DNA from: a virus
Lineage: Duplodnaviria; Heunggongvirae; Uroviricota; Caudoviricetes
DNA: 64,000 bases
Virus record (IMG/VR): IMGVR_UViG_3300031088_000799
Reading direction: 5' to 3' (one strand)
Positions 1-10,602 of the stretch are shown here, one piece after another. The stretch's first letter is position 1. Each line of letters opens with the position of its first letter. The notes under the pieces were generated by a model. The model searched no databases. It saw only the letters and a list, made by a program, of their open reading frames with translations, and was not told the origin of the DNA. The position numbers and the translations under genes were made by a program.

Positions 1-179
1 ACAATCATTTAATAGAGGTTTTTTAATAAAATATCTTTAAAATTTTATATTGTTTTTTATATAAATATTAGAAAAATGAATCCTTGATGTAAACCATATT
101 GTTAAAATTCAATGACAATTTTCCGTAAAATAATAAATAACCATATAAGTACATTAAGAATTATTAAAAAAATTCAAGT

Positions 180-309
180 AAAAAACCCACCAAATGGTGG
201 GGATAATCTCCAATCTGAAGTCAGATGAATTTTTCTGTAAATGTGGTACAAGTTCGCGGATTCAGTCGATATGAGAAACTGCCACTATGTTTTTTTTTGT
301 ATACCACTA
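180..309 (-). ncRNA. Candidate ~130-nt standalone small RNA
   Basis: Minus-strand TTGACT(342-337)-16-TATATT(320-315) promoter; no ATG in the transcript; GTGGTA/TACCAC stem; ends in CCCACC/GGTGGG hairpin (186-201) plus U-run. Confidence 0.45.
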
Positions 310-412
310 ATATCAATATAGATATAATATCATAAAAGTCAATAGCATAAAATAATAATTGAATAAAAATTTATTTAATGTATAATTTAAAGAATTAAGT
401 GAGGGTGCTAAA

Positions 413-1204
413 ATGTGGGTTGTCCAGAATAATTTAAATTTTGAGATTGGTATAGATAATATAAAAACAAAACTAAAAGAAAATAATATTGAGTTAGTTG
501 AAGTCGATATTTATAAAGGCGATGATAACATTTATTTGAAAGATAGTTTTGAAAAATTCGAACCTTTAAATATAGACGATATTTTTGTCTTGGGATCATA
601 TAGATTAGCCAGAATGGCAAATAACCGTGGATTTTATCCGGGGTCTTTTTCTAATGAACATTATAACTATGCTAGTTGGACTAAGCACTGGACAAAGGCA
701 AATATGTTAAATGGAGAAAACCTTAAACAAAAGGTAACAGAAATAGAAATTCCTGATCATTGGGAATCTGTTTTTGCTCGTCCCTTAGAAGATGATAAAT
801 TAATTACAGGTGGTTTATTCAAAAAAGAAGATTTAATGATGGCACTCGCTACAAAGATAACAGATATAAACAAAGAAAAATATCTAATCATATCAGAAAA
901 GAAAATAATTCTTGCTGAATACAGATTTTTTGTAATTGATGGTCAAGTTATAACAGGTAGTTTGTATAAAATACGAGGTCAATTAATTACTGCTGATGCT
1001 ATTGATGCAGAAGCGTTATCATTTGCAGAAGACATGATAAATTTATGGCAACCTAGCAATGCGTTTGTTATTGATATCGCATTAACAGATAAAGGTGCAA
1101 AAATAATTGAAGTTAACAATATAAGTTCTGCTGGATTATACAAATCTGATGTATCTCTTATTGTTGATAAAATGGAAATTCTACTCGAAAAATTACGAAA
1201 ATAG
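413..1204 (+). CDS. ATP-grasp protein, DUF4343/R2K-like
   Basis: EYRFFVIDGQVITGSLY, FVIDIA and IIEVNNISSAGLY motifs; GAGG RBS. Confidence 0.75.
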   Translation: MWVVQNNLNFEIGIDNIKTKLKENNIELVEVDIYKGDDNIYLKDSFEKFEPLNIDDIFVLGSYRLARMANNRGFYPGSFSNEHYNYASWTKHWTKANMLNGENLKQKVTEIEIPDHWESVFARPLEDDKLITGGLFKKEDLMMALATKITDINKEKYLIISEKKIILAEYRFFVIDGQVITGSLYKIRGQLITADAIDAEALSFAEDMINLWQPSNAFVIDIALTDKGAKIIEVNNISSAGLYKSDVSLIVDKMEILLEKLRK

Positions 1205-1287
1205 AAATTATTTTAACTTTGTAAACTTGATAAAATACTACTTGGTGTTATAGTAATACAAACTATAAACATCAAGGGGTATTAATA

Positions 1288-2121
1288 ATGAAGAAAAAAT
1301 TAGCATTAGGTATGGCATTACTAGGTGCCTTAGCATTTAACGCACAAGCAGAATCCATTGACTTTGCAAATTTGTCAGCCAAAGACAAAGAAGAAATTGG
1401 TAAGATTGCAAGTGAATACATGCTAGCCAATCCAGAAATACTCATTGGTATGTCTAACGCTTTGAAAGCGAAACAGCAAGAAGAACAAAATGCACAATTA
1501 GCAGAAAACACCAAAATTGCTATTGCAATGAACGAACAAATTCTTAATGATAAAGATACACCATTCATTGGACCAGCCGATGCGAAAATAGCCATTGTTG
1601 AATTTTTTGACTACAACTGTGTCTATTGTTCCCGCGTAGCACCAGAATTGAAAGTCATAATGAAAAACAACCCAGACATTAAGTTTGTTTTTAAAGAAAT
1701 GCCTATTTTTGAAAATAGATTCCCAACATCAAAACTTGCTGCACAAGTAGCTAACAAAGTCTTCCAAGAAAAAGGTAGTGAAGCGTACTTACAATTCCAT
1801 GATGCCATTTATGCCACAAAACACTTTGAAGGTGACTTAACTGTCGGAGATATTGAAAAAGCTGCTAGAGGTGTAGGTGTTTCTCCAAAGATAAAAGGAG
1901 AAGAATATATGGATAAAGTGGTTAAAAATATGAAGTTATCTGAAAAACTAGGTATTCATGGAACTCCATCCTTTATCTTTATGCCAACATCTGGTCAAAA
2001 TACTGATAATACATTGATCATGATGCAAGCAGCTAGCAAAGAACAATTGCAAAGTATAATTGATCAGTTAAGAGCTAAAATTGGTGATGTTCCAGCACCT
2101 GCTGAAACTGTTAAAAAGTAA
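1288..2121 (+). CDS. Exported DsbA-family thiol-disulfide oxidoreductase (ScsC/Com1-like)
   Basis: Signal peptide ending AQA; EFFDYNCVYC active site; GIHGTP cis-Pro loop. Confidence 0.85.
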   Translation: MKKKLALGMALLGALAFNAQAESIDFANLSAKDKEEIGKIASEYMLANPEILIGMSNALKAKQQEEQNAQLAENTKIAIAMNEQILNDKDTPFIGPADAKIAIVEFFDYNCVYCSRVAPELKVIMKNNPDIKFVFKEMPIFENRFPTSKLAAQVANKVFQEKGSEAYLQFHDAIYATKHFEGDLTVGDIEKAARGVGVSPKIKGEEYMDKVVKNMKLSEKLGIHGTPSFIFMPTSGQNTDNTLIMMQAASKEQLQSIIDQLRAKIGDVPAPAETVKK

Positions 2122-2137
2122 TAGAACCATAATAATA

Positions 2138-2165
2138 AAAAAAGACCAGAGAAGGTCTTTTTTTT
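2138..2165. terminator. Bidirectional intrinsic terminator
   Basis: AAAAAGACC-AGAGAA-GGTCTTTTTT between convergent genes. Confidence 0.7.
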
Positions 2166-2166
2166 A

Positions 2167-3189
2167 TTAAATTGAAAGCATCCTATAAAGTAGAACAGAC
2201 TCATTACAAAATTCATCAGCATGAATATCTAATTTCGCAAGTAAGCGATCTTTTATAGTTTGAAAAATGTAATCATAGATAGCTTCATATCCAACAATAG
2301 TAACTGTATCACCTGATTCATAATCAAAACTAATATAAGTCAACTTATTCTCTTGATAACTAAACATGAGTTTATTTTCTAATTGAATAGAAGAATCGTA
2401 TAAAAAAAGAATTGCATATAAATTTGTAGGCAATGCAAATTTCAGTTCAGAAAGTTGATAATGTAACAACACATCATATTCAACTTTACCATACTGAAGG
2501 TAAGAATCGAAACGAAGCAACCCTTCAATAACTTTAATTTGTTTTAAAAGATTACGACTAAAAATATTAGGCAACGCTTTAAAAAAGATATCTGGTTTTT
2601 CACCATATCGTGACAAATTATCATCTATGTCTTCATTAGGAATATAAGTTAAATCAGAATTATTCAAATAAAGCACTCTCAAGGCATTCAAATCATTTTT
2701 ATCACGTATTTTAAACTCTTCAATTGTCATATTATTATCGATGTATTTTGAAAGTTCATTTAAAACAGATTCATAGCTACGATCAAAAGTTTCATCATCT
2801 ATAAAAAAATCATCTTCGAAATTAGCAGTAAATCCAACAAAAAACCTTCTAATGCCTGCAATATTTTGGCTAAAATACAAACTAATAACTTTACCGACTG
2901 AAACCGTGATATCATTATTTCTAGAAACAATAATTCTAAATAGTGTGTTATCTTTATTATATTCTTCATTAACATGATAAAGAAGATCAATTAATGATGC
3001 CATTTGTTTAATTTTTGAAATATTTTTTTTAGCATAGGCTGGATCAAAAAGAGAATTCAAGAATTGATAATCAACAAGACTTCTCTTAAAATGATAGATA
3101 AGAACCCCATCTTCATCCAGATGATAAATCGCATTATCTAAATTATAAAATTCTTTGATTTTAGTCATTATGTCAAACACAAGATTCAT
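2167..3189 (-). CDS. Hypothetical protein with C-terminal MxxI motif
   Basis: 340-aa ORF ending LLYRMLSI. Confidence 0.8.
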   Translation of the reverse strand: MNLVFDIMTKIKEFYNLDNAIYHLDEDGVLIYHFKRSLVDYQFLNSLFDPAYAKKNISKIKQMASLIDLLYHVNEEYNKDNTLFRIIVSRNNDITVSVGKVISLYFSQNIAGIRRFFVGFTANFEDDFFIDDETFDRSYESVLNELSKYIDNNMTIEEFKIRDKNDLNALRVLYLNNSDLTYIPNEDIDDNLSRYGEKPDIFFKALPNIFSRNLLKQIKVIEGLLRFDSYLQYGKVEYDVLLHYQLSELKFALPTNLYAILFLYDSSIQLENKLMFSYQENKLTYISFDYESGDTVTIVGYEAIYDYIFQTIKDRLLAKLDIHADEFCNESVLLYRMLSI

Positions 3190-3297
3190 TATTAAGCCTC
3201 AATGCTGATGAAAGTAAGCTATTATACCATAATTTAAAATGAATAGATAAAAAAAACCAACTATATCTCTATAATTGGTTTTAAATGATTACAAAAT

Positions 3298-4482
3298 TTA
3301 AGGTTTAAATTTAGCTTTCTTGACAGGGGTAGGAGCCGTCATCAATTTAACATCAATAACATTCAAACCCTTTTTACGGAAACCTTCGATTACACGATCA
3401 GTGTCATCATATACAGCTTCAACACGATCAAGACCAATATATTTTGAAATCCAAGCAGGTTTAATAATATAATCTGGCACTCGGTTTTCTGGACTACGCA
3501 ATTTAATACGATCATAACATACACCATGATCTTGCATGGATTTCAGTGTTTTATCCATAATACGATCTACGCGACCACTCATAAGCCAAATTTCATAACC
3601 TTTTTTACGATACTCTTTCGTCAAATCAATAACATGCTGAATAGGTGTGTCCAAATGGCATAAATCAAAGTAGTTATCCCAGTCCTTGACATCACGATAC
3701 TGAGCACGGTGACGTTCATCCATCAAAGTGCCATCAATATCAAATACAACAACTGGACGTAGTACTTCTTCTTTTTTGCAATCAAACACTTCACGCACAC
3801 CCTGATAATCACTTGCAAACAACTCATGTTTTTCAACTTTACGAACAGTTGCTTTCAAATAATCACCAAAATCAGCCCACATTTTTTGTAGAGCATCTAC
3901 TGGTTCGCCTTCTTTGCGTTGCAAATACCCACGCAATTCTGGATAATAATCAGCTACTGCACTTTTAGTAAACAGTTCAACATTATCTTCAAGCAATGCA
4001 CGGGTTTGACCTAACTGAAATGCAAAGAATTTGTAGGTTTCAACCAACGAAGTCTTTTGATAATCAGCCACATCACGCAAGTCAATAGAAGTTAATACAT
4101 CCAATTTAAAAGACATATCGGCAGACTGCAACGCTTTCTTCACTTCTTCACGTTTTTCAGTGCGAGAATGATAAGATAACAGACCACGAACAGTACGAAT
4201 CATTTTTAATGCATATGAGCGTGGCAATGCTGCAGTAATTGGGTTCTCTGCATCTTGTTTATGCAGGGCATAGGTTGCAAGAATAGAGTTGTTACATTCA
4301 TCCACAGTCCCCTTGTAACACCAGTTAACAACACCATCTTTTATGCTCAAAAGGTTAGCATTGACTTCCTTGAAAGAATCACAAAGTTTCTTTGCTTCTT
4401 GCATAGTAAGTGGTTCTGGAATAATGACATAAGCATCAATATCCAAAGAATCTTCTGAGCCGTGTTTAATTACTGGGTACAT
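3298..4482 (-). CDS. Nucleotidyltransferase-like domain fused to HAD phosphatase (T4 Pnkp phosphatase-like); Lys-rich tail
   Basis: N-terminal HGSEDSLDID (GS..DxD); C-terminal VVFDIDGTL, LMSGR, YDD HAD motifs; ends KKAKFKP. Confidence 0.7.
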   Translation of the reverse strand: MYPVIKHGSEDSLDIDAYVIIPEPLTMQEAKKLCDSFKEVNANLLSIKDGVVNWCYKGTVDECNNSILATYALHKQDAENPITAALPRSYALKMIRTVRGLLSYHSRTEKREEVKKALQSADMSFKLDVLTSIDLRDVADYQKTSLVETYKFFAFQLGQTRALLEDNVELFTKSAVADYYPELRGYLQRKEGEPVDALQKMWADFGDYLKATVRKVEKHELFASDYQGVREVFDCKKEEVLRPVVVFDIDGTLMDERHRAQYRDVKDWDNYFDLCHLDTPIQHVIDLTKEYRKKGYEIWLMSGRVDRIMDKTLKSMQDHGVCYDRIKLRSPENRVPDYIIKPAWISKYIGLDRVEAVYDDTDRVIEGFRKKGLNVIDVKLMTAPTPVKKAKFKP

Positions 4483-4556
4483 TGTTTTAACTCCTTAATT
4501 TATTTTAATATTGTAGCAAAAAAAGCTTGTTTGGTCAATCAATTCGTCATAGATCT

Positions 4557-5261
4557 TTAAATAATGATCATATCCAACAAAGCCAATTCAGAAGCACTTA
4601 AACTTTTATTTAAATCAATACGATCCAGTCCTTTCAATCGACCAACATCAGGATAAAGTTGTTTTAATTTAAAAAATTCAATAAATTTACCGGGAAAGTC
4701 TTCATTAAAATAAATAACCTGTAATGGCGTCATGGTTTTCAAATTAACCTTATATTTGATGGCATGCCATTTTTGTTTATTAAACGTATAGTCTTTTGTA
4801 TGTTTCGTAGATTGAATTTTAGAAAGATAAGAATACTCAACATTATCAATCAATACGAAAGGCGGGACATCGCCATTAACAATATAGTGCTCTTCAAAAA
4901 CTTTGCCATTACCATGATAACTAATATAAGCTGGTTTATTATCCTCACGATGATACAGATTTTTTGATGTCGAAATAAAATGTTTATTTATCATATAAGA
5001 AATGCCAGTACCCGATTTATCAGGATTGCTGAATGACACATAAACAGTGACATCTGATTCTGGTTCAATTAATTTATAAGTAATACCTTTAAAAGAACCA
5101 CCTCTAACACGATTTGCATTATCAATGAGTTTTACAAAACCAAAAGATTCAAGCATCAGCCCATCAGTTTCTGAAAAATCGGCTGCAAGTTGTAGAGTAT
5201 CATGTACAGAATACACAATTGACATGAATTCTTCTTTTGTGGTAAATGTACAAAATGCCAT
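4557..5261 (-). CDS. Hypothetical protein with one HREDxPA (MORN-like) unit and MxxI end
   Basis: LYHREDNKPAYISY..NG; ends LLDMIII. Confidence 0.7.
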   Translation of the reverse strand: MAFCTFTTKEEFMSIVYSVHDTLQLAADFSETDGLMLESFGFVKLIDNANRVRGGSFKGITYKLIEPESDVTVYVSFSNPDKSGTGISYMINKHFISTSKNLYHREDNKPAYISYHGNGKVFEEHYIVNGDVPPFVLIDNVEYSYLSKIQSTKHTKDYTFNKQKWHAIKYKVNLKTMTPLQVIYFNEDFPGKFIEFFKLKQLYPDVGRLKGLDRIDLNKSLSASELALLDMIII

Positions 5262-5408
5262 GATGACCTCCGATTTGAGATAGGCTAGTATAACAGAAGA
5301 AAACTGAATAAACCACTAAAATTTATAAAAAATATCAACAATAGATATTGACTTGAGGTCAGTTTTCGCGTATTATTCAATGTTACATCAAATCAATTTG
5401 GAGAAATA

Positions 5409-7790
5409 TTGAACATGACAAATACCAACACTATTCTTTTAGCAAACAATTTTGTGCAAGCTGTTGCTATCGGTTCCAGTTCACCTGCGAGCAAAGAAGA
5501 AGTGTCTACTGTATTTGCCAATATGGTTCACTATGGATGGACTCCATCCAAAGAAGTCATTGAAAGTATTCTCACTTTCTCTTCCAAAGATTTGAAAGAG
5601 TTCTGGTTGTCTGTTGAACCTATCTTTAAAGAAACAACTGCGGCTGACCGCGAAATGGAGTCGGCTGTTGTTTATAAAAACTTTCCGAAAGAAGTATTGG
5701 AAAAATCAGAAGCGGAATACTGGTTCTGCCAAATCCTCATGTACGTTGGATTTAGCCCAGACTACTTCGCTGAAAATGTAGAAGAACGCCCTGCATTGAA
5801 GGATCAAAAAAACCTCAAGGTTTTGCATCTTGCGAAAGAGAATACCTTGGAAAATATTAAACAAGCTCTTGTAGAGTCCAAAAACCGTTGGAACGACCAA
5901 CAAAAAGAATTTGCTATTCAATTATTTGCTGATAGTTATCCAGATAGTGTAAATTTGGGTGATTTCGGCTTTAAAGAGAATGGTTTGTTGATTATCAAGC
6001 GAGCTATTGAAAATGGCCGTAATGTTGTCGTTAAAGATGCTACAGATGTTTTACGTTTGGCTGCTATTATGTCTGACGAAGATAGCTCTCCACGAAATAA
6101 AGTAAAATTCAAAAAATTTACTCGTAAAGAGCGTAAAGTTTTGTTGTCTCTGTTGAACAAGACTAACAATTTAGCAGATGATGCTGCTACGAACCAACAA
6201 GATTGGAAAAAATTTATGTTCCAATTGCATCCAAAAGATTATAATTTCACAAAAGTTTCTGATGTTTATGGGAAGCTGTGTAATGGCGAACTTAAAAGTT
6301 TCAATGCCAAAGTAGAAGAAAAAATGCTTTCAAAAGACGCTAGCGTATTAACAATGCTGTCAAACCGTCAAGGTGATTTGATGCGTCGCTTCCATAAACT
6401 GTATGAAGTCTTTGGTGAGAAAGCTGTAGAAACTATTGTAACTAAAATAAATAAATTTGATACATTACAATTGTTGAAATTGAAGAAGTATGTCACCACC
6501 ATTAATGATCGTGAACATTTCATTTATGCTCCAAAAGGTAACTGGACAAGTGCTCATTTCATTCAACGTATTGAAAAAGAGCTACCAGTAGAAGGTACCG
6601 TATTGCCAGAAAAACCAATTAAGAAAAAGAAAGAAAAATCAGAAAAGGTAAAACCAGCAATTGTTGAGGTTGCAACAATTGAATCAGAGCAACCTGCAAT
6701 TAAAGAAGAGGATTCAAAGACACCATCCAGTGAATCATTGGCTATGTTGATTGAAAAATTTAAAGGTAACTTGGAGCCAGCTCCTACTCCATTGTTTGTT
6801 CCACAACCACAAGTCGTTCGTTATGAACAACCTGTGAAAAAAGTATACAAACCTATTAAAAATGGAAAGGTAAAGCTTACAGAAGAAGCTATTGAGTTAG
6901 TTGTGAATGCTGTAAATACTGAAATTGCTAAACGAATGGAAGCTTTATTTCCACAAGGCGTTAAGCTTGATAAAGCAACGAATGCTATTAAATTGCAAAC
7001 CAATGATCAAACATTGGCTGCAAGTTATGGTCGTGGAACAATGTTCGATATTCCAGAAAATATCAAATTTATTCGCAGTGCTAGCTATTGGAAAATTCAA
7101 TCAAATGGCAACGTGTGGTTTGATAATGGGTGGAACTTCTTTGATGCTAACTGGGCTTCAACAGGTTCCTGCTGCTGGAATAATGCTCACAACTTCTTTG
7201 ATAATGAATCAAATGATTCAGGTGCAGTATTCTCTGGCGATCCAGTGAACAGTCAAGACTTAGAAGGTCGAGCTTGTCAAATGATTGATTTATATATTGA
7301 TAAGTTAGTACAATCTGGTGTTCGTTATGCTGTTTGGAATATTCTGTCATTCAGTAATATGCCTTTTGATGCTGCTGATGATCTTGTTGGTACCTTGCAA
7401 ATGGGTGAAAACCCAGAAGAAGGAAATTTGTATGAACCAAGCCGTGCTCACTTCGTCTTTGAAGTAAAAGGTAAAAACCTAACCAAGTATATTGCCTATT
7501 TGGATTTGGTTGAAAGGAAAGTTGTCTACATGGACGCAAACTTGTATGGTCATGTTAACTCTGCGGAGTCTAACGGAGCATTGTTGTCCGAAAGAATGCC
7601 TGCGTTTGTTGAGTACTTGAATACATTACCATCTGTGTTTGATTTGTTTGAAAGTGTAAAAGTAGGTGAGACTCCTATTTTAAACCATGATGATGGTGTG
7701 GAGATTACTACTGAAAGTGCTTATGTATTTAATAGTAAAAATGCTGATAATGTTTATGAAAAAATCGAAATAAGCTCACTATTAAAGTGA
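5409..7790 (+). CDS. Large protein with C-terminal TerD-like domain
   Basis: 793 aa; C-terminal FSGDP...IDL..L...GVRYAV..I.SFS..PF pattern resembles TerD; upstream TTGACT/TATTAT promoter. Confidence 0.55.
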   Translation: MNMTNTNTILLANNFVQAVAIGSSSPASKEEVSTVFANMVHYGWTPSKEVIESILTFSSKDLKEFWLSVEPIFKETTAADREMESAVVYKNFPKEVLEKSEAEYWFCQILMYVGFSPDYFAENVEERPALKDQKNLKVLHLAKENTLENIKQALVESKNRWNDQQKEFAIQLFADSYPDSVNLGDFGFKENGLLIIKRAIENGRNVVVKDATDVLRLAAIMSDEDSSPRNKVKFKKFTRKERKVLLSLLNKTNNLADDAATNQQDWKKFMFQLHPKDYNFTKVSDVYGKLCNGELKSFNAKVEEKMLSKDASVLTMLSNRQGDLMRRFHKLYEVFGEKAVETIVTKINKFDTLQLLKLKKYVTTINDREHFIYAPKGNWTSAHFIQRIEKELPVEGTVLPEKPIKKKKEKSEKVKPAIVEVATIESEQPAIKEEDSKTPSSESLAMLIEKFKGNLEPAPTPLFVPQPQVVRYEQPVKKVYKPIKNGKVKLTEEAIELVVNAVNTEIAKRMEALFPQGVKLDKATNAIKLQTNDQTLAASYGRGTMFDIPENIKFIRSASYWKIQSNGNVWFDNGWNFFDANWASTGSCCWNNAHNFFDNESNDSGAVFSGDPVNSQDLEGRACQMIDLYIDKLVQSGVRYAVWNILSFSNMPFDAADDLVGTLQMGENPEEGNLYEPSRAHFVFEVKGKNLTKYIAYLDLVERKVVYMDANLYGHVNSAESNGALLSERMPAFVEYLNTLPSVFDLFESVKVGETPILNHDDGVEITTESAYVFNSKNADNVYEKIEISSLLK

Positions 7791-7825
7791 GTTTTTTCTA
7801 ATCAACTAACAAAGCAAGTTAAAAA

Positions 7826-7855
7826 ATAAACAGGTGATAGTCACCTGTTTTTTTA
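7826..7855. terminator. Bidirectional intrinsic terminator
   Basis: AAACAGGTGA-TAG-TCACCTGTTTTTT between convergent genes. Confidence 0.75.
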
Positions 7856-7879
7856 ATCTACTTTATTTGTAATTGATGT

Positions 7880-8938
7880 TTAAATTTTAACCATTTCAAT
7901 AAGTTGCATTTCTCTCTTTAGATCAGTAATTGGATGACCAAGTGTCTTTCCAAGATAAATAGTAAACAACTGTTGTAAAACATGAACGTCATGTTCAATA
8001 TCATCAGTACGTAACCATGTAAAGTTTTCTGATCGCTCTCGTATATCACCAAACAGAAACGCAATATTAAACGAACTTACTTGAATTTCAACAATATTAG
8101 AAATATACATTTCCAATTGTATATTACTCTGATTTATAGACTTAAAATTCATATTAACACAAGAAATCATTTTTAATCCAGTAAAATCAGGATTTTCTAA
8201 ATAACATTGAGTAATTGAACTATTTAAACACAGTACTTTATCTAAGATATTAAGTGATTCTATAAATTTCTGGCCTTCTTCAATAGAAACAATCGACTGG
8301 ATTGATTCATTAGTTATACTACGATCAGTATAAAAGTTTAATTGATGAACAAATGTCTCTAATATATTTTTGTTCTTAACATCAAATTTAAAATTTAAGG
8401 TGTCAGAAGCCGCTACAAAAGGATAAGCATGATCAATTGATAAAGTAATATTTGTGTCATCATAATTTAATTTAATGTTAATAACACGATCTGTGCCCCA
8501 AAGAGCAATATCATGATATAAACAAGACATAATATTTTGAATTAATTGGCTAGCCTCAAAATCTAAAAAAAGAAATTTCAATTTATCTAAATTACACACT
8601 TCAATTTTAATATGCTGATCAGTAAACAAATAAGTGTTGTTTTTAACCGCATCAATAACCAGTGCTGCATTAAAAGGTTGCTCTAAATCAAAAGTACATA
8701 AGCACGAATGTTTACTATGAATGTTTAAAGAAACAAGACTATCTTTCACATAAACCATGAATTGTATGAATAAATCGTCATCCTTACCTAACCTATATAA
8801 TTCTTTGTAAATTAGATTGCAGTATTCACTAAACAATGCATTGTGATCTTTACTTTGCTTATGCAAGATTAATGTCTTTAAACTAGACAAACCACTTTCA
8901 TACAATGTATTTGGACGAATTTTATTGAAACCTTTCAT
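7880..8938 (-). CDS. Hypothetical protein, YPF paralog family, MxxI end
   Basis: SIDHAYPF; ends LIEMVKI. Confidence 0.8.
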   Translation of the reverse strand: MKGFNKIRPNTLYESGLSSLKTLILHKQSKDHNALFSEYCNLIYKELYRLGKDDDLFIQFMVYVKDSLVSLNIHSKHSCLCTFDLEQPFNAALVIDAVKNNTYLFTDQHIKIEVCNLDKLKFLFLDFEASQLIQNIMSCLYHDIALWGTDRVINIKLNYDDTNITLSIDHAYPFVAASDTLNFKFDVKNKNILETFVHQLNFYTDRSITNESIQSIVSIEEGQKFIESLNILDKVLCLNSSITQCYLENPDFTGLKMISCVNMNFKSINQSNIQLEMYISNIVEIQVSSFNIAFLFGDIRERSENFTWLRTDDIEHDVHVLQQLFTIYLGKTLGHPITDLKREMQLIEMVKI

Positions 8939-8939
8939 A

Positions 8940-9773
8940 TTAAATAGACTCCATTTCTAACAAAAGAATTTCACTTTTTAAATCAGAGACTTCATCGTCC
9001 TTTTGTTTTTCAAAGAATGCTTTAATAAAATATTGAAACATAGTCAAATCACGATCAAAATTAGAAGAAGATGAAAACGTAAATTTATTAGATTCATTGA
9101 ATTCAACCGAAATAAAGTCAGCCTGAATATTAATATAAGCAAAAGATGAGCGAATAACAATGTAAGGTTCATCACTTTCTGTACTCAAAACACGAAAACT
9201 AAAAGGAGATGATTCTACTTTGACATTAGTGTATATTGTAGAGTTATTATAATAAGTGTTAATGAGTCTATTTTCAAAAAAGAAGGCACTATCAACAAGT
9301 CTGACATTACTCATCAATTTTCGACCATAATCAATATGAAGTGGTTTGATATCACTTAACATAAGCTCATTATCAAAGCTAATTGAACAATCCAAATAAA
9401 TCTCAATATCTTCTTTTGAGTTCCAATTATGGTTGTCACTATAAATATCAGACAATACTGCAGCCAAAGTTTCTATACTTGCTGGTCTATCAAAAGAAAA
9501 ATAAATATAAACAGGATCAACATAATAAGGATAGGATTTATCCAATTCAAGACTAACACCATAACTGTCTACAGCAAAATAAACATCAAGCTCATAATCT
9601 TCTCGGAAGACTAAAATATCATCAACCAGCAAATTCAAATAAGCCAACATTTTATTGTTTTTTTGTTTACTAACGTTTTCGACATTAACTGTTCTCAAAT
9701 CAGTCAACATTAATCGAGTGTGAGCATGATTATCAACCATGATAAGTTCAGGTTTTTTTCTAGATTTAGACAT
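8940..9773 (-). CDS. Hypothetical protein, YPF paralog family, MxxI end
   Basis: ELDKSYPY; ends LLEMESI. Confidence 0.8.
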   Translation of the reverse strand: MSKSRKKPELIMVDNHAHTRLMLTDLRTVNVENVSKQKNNKMLAYLNLLVDDILVFREDYELDVYFAVDSYGVSLELDKSYPYYVDPVYIYFSFDRPASIETLAAVLSDIYSDNHNWNSKEDIEIYLDCSISFDNELMLSDIKPLHIDYGRKLMSNVRLVDSAFFFENRLINTYYNNSTIYTNVKVESSPFSFRVLSTESDEPYIVIRSSFAYINIQADFISVEFNESNKFTFSSSSNFDRDLTMFQYFIKAFFEKQKDDEVSDLKSEILLLEMESI

Positions 9774-9822
9774 AAATGAAACCTCAAAGAAAATGATGAT
9801 TCATTATATCACATCAAACAAA

Positions 9823-10602
9823 TTAAATATACTTCATTTTAAACAAAGTGATAAAATCTTGATAGCTACCCTCAATAACTTCACCAGAAGAATGTTTATA
9901 AAATAATTTAAAGATGGACTGCAAACAATCAATGTCCTCATCAATATGATTAGAAGAGACTTCAAAACTTAATGATTTCTTACCACAAGTTACATTGATA
10001 TGCTCACCATAGATTGAGAAATGAAACGGACCAAAATCGAATTGCACTTGTAAAACAATTTCTCCACCACAGACTATATCGAAAATAGAAGTGGTAAGAA
10101 TATTTTTATAATTAGGATTAAACGGATGTTGATGAATATGAAGACTAATTTCATTGTCATAAGATAAAGTGGCATCAATCACTTTTATTGCTTTAAAAAA
10201 GGCTGGTGCAGTAGTGATATCTAAAAATCTATGAGCCAACCCTGTTTGATGATTAGATAAATCACCATTATCTATAACACAATTTTCTATAATAGCAGAC
10301 AGGATTTCATTGGTCATTTTCTTTATTTCGCAGTCAAATTTAAACAAAATAGGCCGTTTAGACCGTTTTACAAAAGGATAAGATTCTTCAATACTGATGA
10401 TAAATGATGTGTAATCATAGTGACACGTCACATTGGTTTTTAAATAATCATGATGAACCATAACATCATCAATAAAAGCATTAAGAAAACCACGAATATT
10501 ATCAATTCTACTTTCTATACAAGCTCGTCCACGAAGATCAATATCTCTAAGATCTTCAAGGTTTATGTTGTAATTATTACCAACAATAATAGTTGTGGTC
10601 AT
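9823..10602 (-). CDS. Hypothetical protein, YPF paralog family, MxxI end
   Basis: SIEESYPF; ends LFKMKYI. Confidence 0.8.
   Translation of the reverse strand: MTTTIIVGNNYNINLEDLRDIDLRGRACIESRIDNIRGFLNAFIDDVMVHHDYLKTNVTCHYDYTSFIISIEESYPFVKRSKRPILFKFDCEIKKMTNEILSAIIENCVIDNGDLSNHQTGLAHRFLDITTAPAFFKAIKVIDATLSYDNEISLHIHQHPFNPNYKNILTTSIFDIVCGGEIVLQVQFDFGPFHFSIYGEHINVTCGKKSLSFEVSSNHIDEDIDCLQSIFKLFYKHSSGEVIEGSYQDFITLFKMKYI

Noticed and set aside
243-307. tRNA-Met/Ile gene
   Set aside because: No TTCGA T-loop, no complete cloverleaf and no CCA end; kept only as an sRNA candidate.
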